A stretch of 64,000 nucleotides of DNA from an uncultured Clostridia bacterium (GTDB lineage: Bacteria; Bacillota; Clostridia; Christensenellales; Borkfalkiaceae): assembly GCA_944372575.1 (NCBI GenBank), contig CALVZS010000007.1, positions 10,132-74,131 of the forward strand, given 5' to 3'. The notes under the pieces were generated by a model. The model was not told where the DNA came from and ran no database searches. It was given only the letters and a program-made list of their open reading frames with translations. Positions 61,522 to 64,000 of this stretch are shown piece after piece; position 1 is the first letter of the stretch; each line of letters starts with the position of its first letter. A program made the position numbers and the translations under genes.

Positions 61522-63549
61522 ATGAATTTTGAACATGCATGGCGCGGCTTTGAACGCGGCAAATGGAGCAACAACGAGGTCGACGTACGCGACTTCATTC
61601 AGCGCAATTATACCCCCTATGAGGGGGATTCCTCCTTCCTCGCTCCCGCCACCGAGGCGACCAAAAAGCTCTGGGCGCAGGTGATGGAGCTCACGCGTGA
61701 GGAGCGCGCGCGGGGCGGCGTGTACGACGCCGATACCGAGATCGTCTCGCGCGTCAATTCGCATGGGGCGGGCTATTTCAACAAGGATCTGGAAAAGATC
61801 GTGGGATTGCAGACGGATGCACCCTTTAAGCGCTCCCTGCAGCCCTTCGGCGGCATCCGCATGGCGGAGGAAGCGCTCAAGATGTACGGGTATGAGATCT
61901 CGCCGCGCGTAAAGGAGATCTTCACCAAGTACCGCAAGACGCACAACGACGGCGTGTTCGACGCCTACACGCCCGAAATGCGCCTGGCGCGCCACGCGCA
62001 CATCCTCACCGGACTGCCCGACACCTACGGCCGCGGGCGCATCGTGGGGGACTACCGCCGCGTCGCCCTCTACGGCGTGGACTACCTCATCAAAAAGAAG
62101 CAGGAGGACAAGCGCCTTCTGGACGGCGAAATGACGCCCGACAAGATCCGCGACAGGGAGGAGATCTCCGAGCAGGTGAAGGCGCTCGGCAGGCTCAAGG
62201 AGATGGCGGCGGCGTACGGCTTCGACATCTCCCGCCCCGCCGAGACGGCGCAGGAGGCGGTGCAGTGGCTGTACTTCGGCTATCTTGGCGCCATCAAGGA
62301 TCAGAACGGCGCGGCGATGTCCATCGGCCGCAACTCCACCTTCCTCGACATCTACATCCAGCGTGACCTGGATGAGGGCAAGCTCACCGAGCGGGAGGCG
62401 CAGGAGCTCATCGATCACTTCGTCATGAAGCTGCGTGTGGTCAAGTTCATGCGCATCAAGGAATACAATGAACTCTTCAGCGGCGATCCGACGTGGGTCA
62501 CCGAATCCATCGGCGGCATGGGCGTGGACGGCAGGACGCTGGTCACCAAGAACAGTTTCCGCATCCTGCACACCCTTGTCAACCTCGGTCCCGCGCCCGA
62601 GCCCAACCTCACGGTGCTCTGGTCAAAGCGCCTGCCCAAGAACTTCAAGACGTTCTGCGCGGAGATCTCCATCGCCACGTCCGCCATCCAGTACGAGAGC
62701 GACGATCTGATGCGGCCGGAGATGGGGGACGACTACTGCATCGCCTGCTGCGTGTCGAGTATGCGCGTGGGCAAGGATATGCAGTTTTTCGGCGCGCGCG
62801 CCAACCTTGCCAAGTGTCTGCTCTATGCCATCAACGGCGGCAAGGACGAGTTGGAAAAGGACAAGACGGGCAAGCCCCTGCAGGTGTCGCCCGCCTTTGC
62901 GCCCATCCTCGGCGACGGGCCGCTCGACTTCGAGGAGGTCAGGGAAAAGTACACGCAGATGATGCGCTGGCTGGCGGGGCTGTATGTGAACACGCTCAAC
63001 GTCATCCACTATATGCATGACAAGTACTGCTATGAGGCGCTCGAGATGGCGCTGCACGATTCGCAGGTGCGTCGCTTCTTTGCCACGGGCATCGCGGGGC
63101 TCTCCTGCGCGGCGGATTCCCTCTCCGCGATCAGGTACGCCAAGGTGTATCCCGTCCGCAACGAGGACGGCATCGTCACCGATTTTAAGATTGAGGGCGA
63201 CTATCCCAAGTACGGGAACAACGACGACCGCGTGGACGAGATCGCCGTATGGCTGGTCAAGACGTTCATGAACTTCATCAAGTCATACACCACCTACCGC
63301 GAATCGGTTCCGACCATGTCCATCCTCACCATCACCTCCAACGTGGTGTACGGCAAGAAGACGGGCAACACACCGGACGGCAGAAGGGCGGGGCAGCCGC
63401 TCGCGCCGGGCGCCAACCCCATGCACGGCAGGGATCACAGCGGTGCGCTCGCCTCGCTGGAGTCGGTGGCAAAGCTGCCCTATGACTACGCGCGGGACGG
63501 CATCTCCAACACCTTCTCGGTTACGCCGCAGTCGCTGGGGAAAGAGTAA
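61522..63549 (+). CDS. pflB: formate C-acetyltransferase (pyruvate formate-lyase) body, ending before the glycyl-radical domain
   Basis: 675 aa. Catalytic Cys pair in CIACCVS. Ends ...[14 protein letters not shown], where full-length PflB continues for about 80 more residues. Confidence 0.9.
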   Translation: MNFEHAWRGFERGKWSNNEVDVRDFIQRNYTPYEGDSSFLAPATEATKKLWAQVMELTREERARGGVYDADTEIVSRVNSHGAGYFNKDLEKIVGLQTDAPFKRSLQPFGGIRMAEEALKMYGYEISPRVKEIFTKYRKTHNDGVFDAYTPEMRLARHAHILTGLPDTYGRGRIVGDYRRVALYGVDYLIKKKQEDKRLLDGEMTPDKIRDREEISEQVKALGRLKEMAAAYGFDISRPAETAQEAVQWLYFGYLGAIKDQNGAAMSIGRNSTFLDIYIQRDLDEGKLTEREAQELIDHFVMKLRVVKFMRIKEYNELFSGDPTWVTESIGGMGVDGRTLVTKNSFRILHTLVNLGPAPEPNLTVLWSKRLPKNFKTFCAEISIATSAIQYESDDLMRPEMGDDYCIACCVSSMRVGKDMQFFGARANLAKCLLYAINGGKDELEKDKTGKPLQVSPAFAPILGDGPLDFEEVREKYTQMMRWLAGLYVNTLNVIHYMHDKYCYEALEMALHDSQVRRFFATGIAGLSCAADSLSAIRYAKVYPVRNEDGIVTDFKIEGDYPKYGNNDDRVDEIAVWLVKTFMNFIKSYTTYRESVPTMSILTITSNVVYGKKTGNTPDGRRAGQPLAPGANPMHGRDHSGALASLESVAKLPYDYARDGISNTFSVTPQSLGKE

Positions 63550-63750
63550 AGGGGTTCACACTTTTTTCCGCGAACTGACGCGGAAAAAAGTCGTGATTGA
63601 AAGGAAAGCCCAACGTTCGCCAAAGGCTCTGCGTTCGGTTTTCCTCTGCGCGGGCAGTGGCAACAGTTGTAGCGCCCGCGCATTCACCTTTCCGCAAAAG
63701 CCGCGTGTGCGGCAAAACATTTCATATCGTAAAAACAGGAGGAAACTACC
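63550..63750 (+). repeat. modular structured repeat, copy C (H1 63555-63596; H2 63602-63645; H3 63647-63682; H4 about 63688-63708), inserted within pflB
   Basis: Has the same H1 hairpin and conserved loop as copies A and B. H2 and H3 are homologous to copy B with different stems. It ends in AGGAGG-N8-ATG. Confidence 0.8.
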
Positions 63751-63987
63751 ATGGCAAACGAGAGAGCGGAAAATCTGGTCAATATGTTGGATGCCTATGT
63801 GGCGGACGGCGGGTATCATTTGAACGTCAACGTGTTCAACCGCGATACCTTGCTGGATGCGCAGAAGCACCCCGAAAAATATCCCCAGCTCACCATCCGC
63901 GTGAGCGGCTATGCGGTGAACTTCAACAAGCTGACCAAAGAGCAGCAGGATGACGTCATCGCCCGCACCATCCACGAGAGCATGTGA
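63751..63987 (+). CDS. stand-alone glycyl-radical domain (C-terminal fragment of PflB, GrcA/YfiD-like)
   Basis: 78 aa. ...[35 protein letters not shown] carries the RVSGY glycyl-radical signature. It has its own AGGAGG SD and is in the same reading frame as the upstream body. Confidence 0.85.
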   Translation: MANERAENLVNMLDAYVADGGYHLNVNVFNRDTLLDAQKHPEKYPQLTIRVSGYAVNFNKLTKEQQDDVIARTIHESM

Positions 63988-64000
63988 CATGGCAAAGCTC

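Noticed and set aside
63547-63753. Idea that the pflB insert is a bona fide group I intron.
   Set aside because: The size (207 nt) is compatible with the smallest group I introns. However, I could not identify P3/P7 pseudoknot pairings, a G-binding site or a U-G 5-prime splice pair by eye. The element looks like a string of independent hairpins, and sister copies sit in intergenic DNA. It is kept as a hypothesis to test, not as a call.
1-64000. Search for CRISPR arrays, IS elements, prophage, integrase or known multi-gene defence systems.
   Set aside because: No regularly spaced direct repeats were seen. No transposase, integrase, Cas or restriction-modification signatures were recognised in any frame. 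Only the non-coding repeat family and two tiny AT-rich islets look accessory.

Overview
High-GC chromosome segment of an endospore-forming Firmicutes/Clostridia-type organism. It is mostly housekeeping and is syntenic with the Bacillus subtilis origin-proximal region: yaaO-holB-yaaT, yabB-rsmI, metG-tatD-ksgA-veg-ispE, spoVT-yabM-yabN, maf-mreB and pheST. Sporulation genes are also present (spmAB, spoIVFA/FB, spoVT, a SPOCS/LysM protein). I call about 60 CDS, a Val-Gly-Cys tRNA operon, a Phe T-box leader, a ZTP (pfl-motif) riboswitch, and many near-consensus sigma-A promoters and intrinsic terminators. I saw no CRISPR array, transposase, integrase, prophage or recognisable multi-gene defence operon. 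The most interesting signal is a family of modular, hairpin-rich non-coding repeats of about 200-400 nt, present three times (24.5 kb +, 33 kb -, 63.6 kb +). Each copy starts at or within a few nt of the stop codon of a gene. Stems differ between copies by compensatory changes while loops stay conserved. One copy cleanly splits pflB into a 675-aa body and a separately initiated 78-aa glycyl-radical domain, in a ZTP-riboswitch-controlled pflA-trx-pflB operon. Lesser observations are recurrent leaderless-type promoter/ATG spacing, a leaderless 20-codon micro-ORF unit, two small AT-rich islets, a 1189-aa lipoprotein-plus-TM surface protein, a UvrA paralog, and L27 with a propeptide but no adjacent prp. 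All calls come from reading the sequence and the ORF track by eye. No database search, covariance model or folding program was run, so family assignments rest on remembered motifs.
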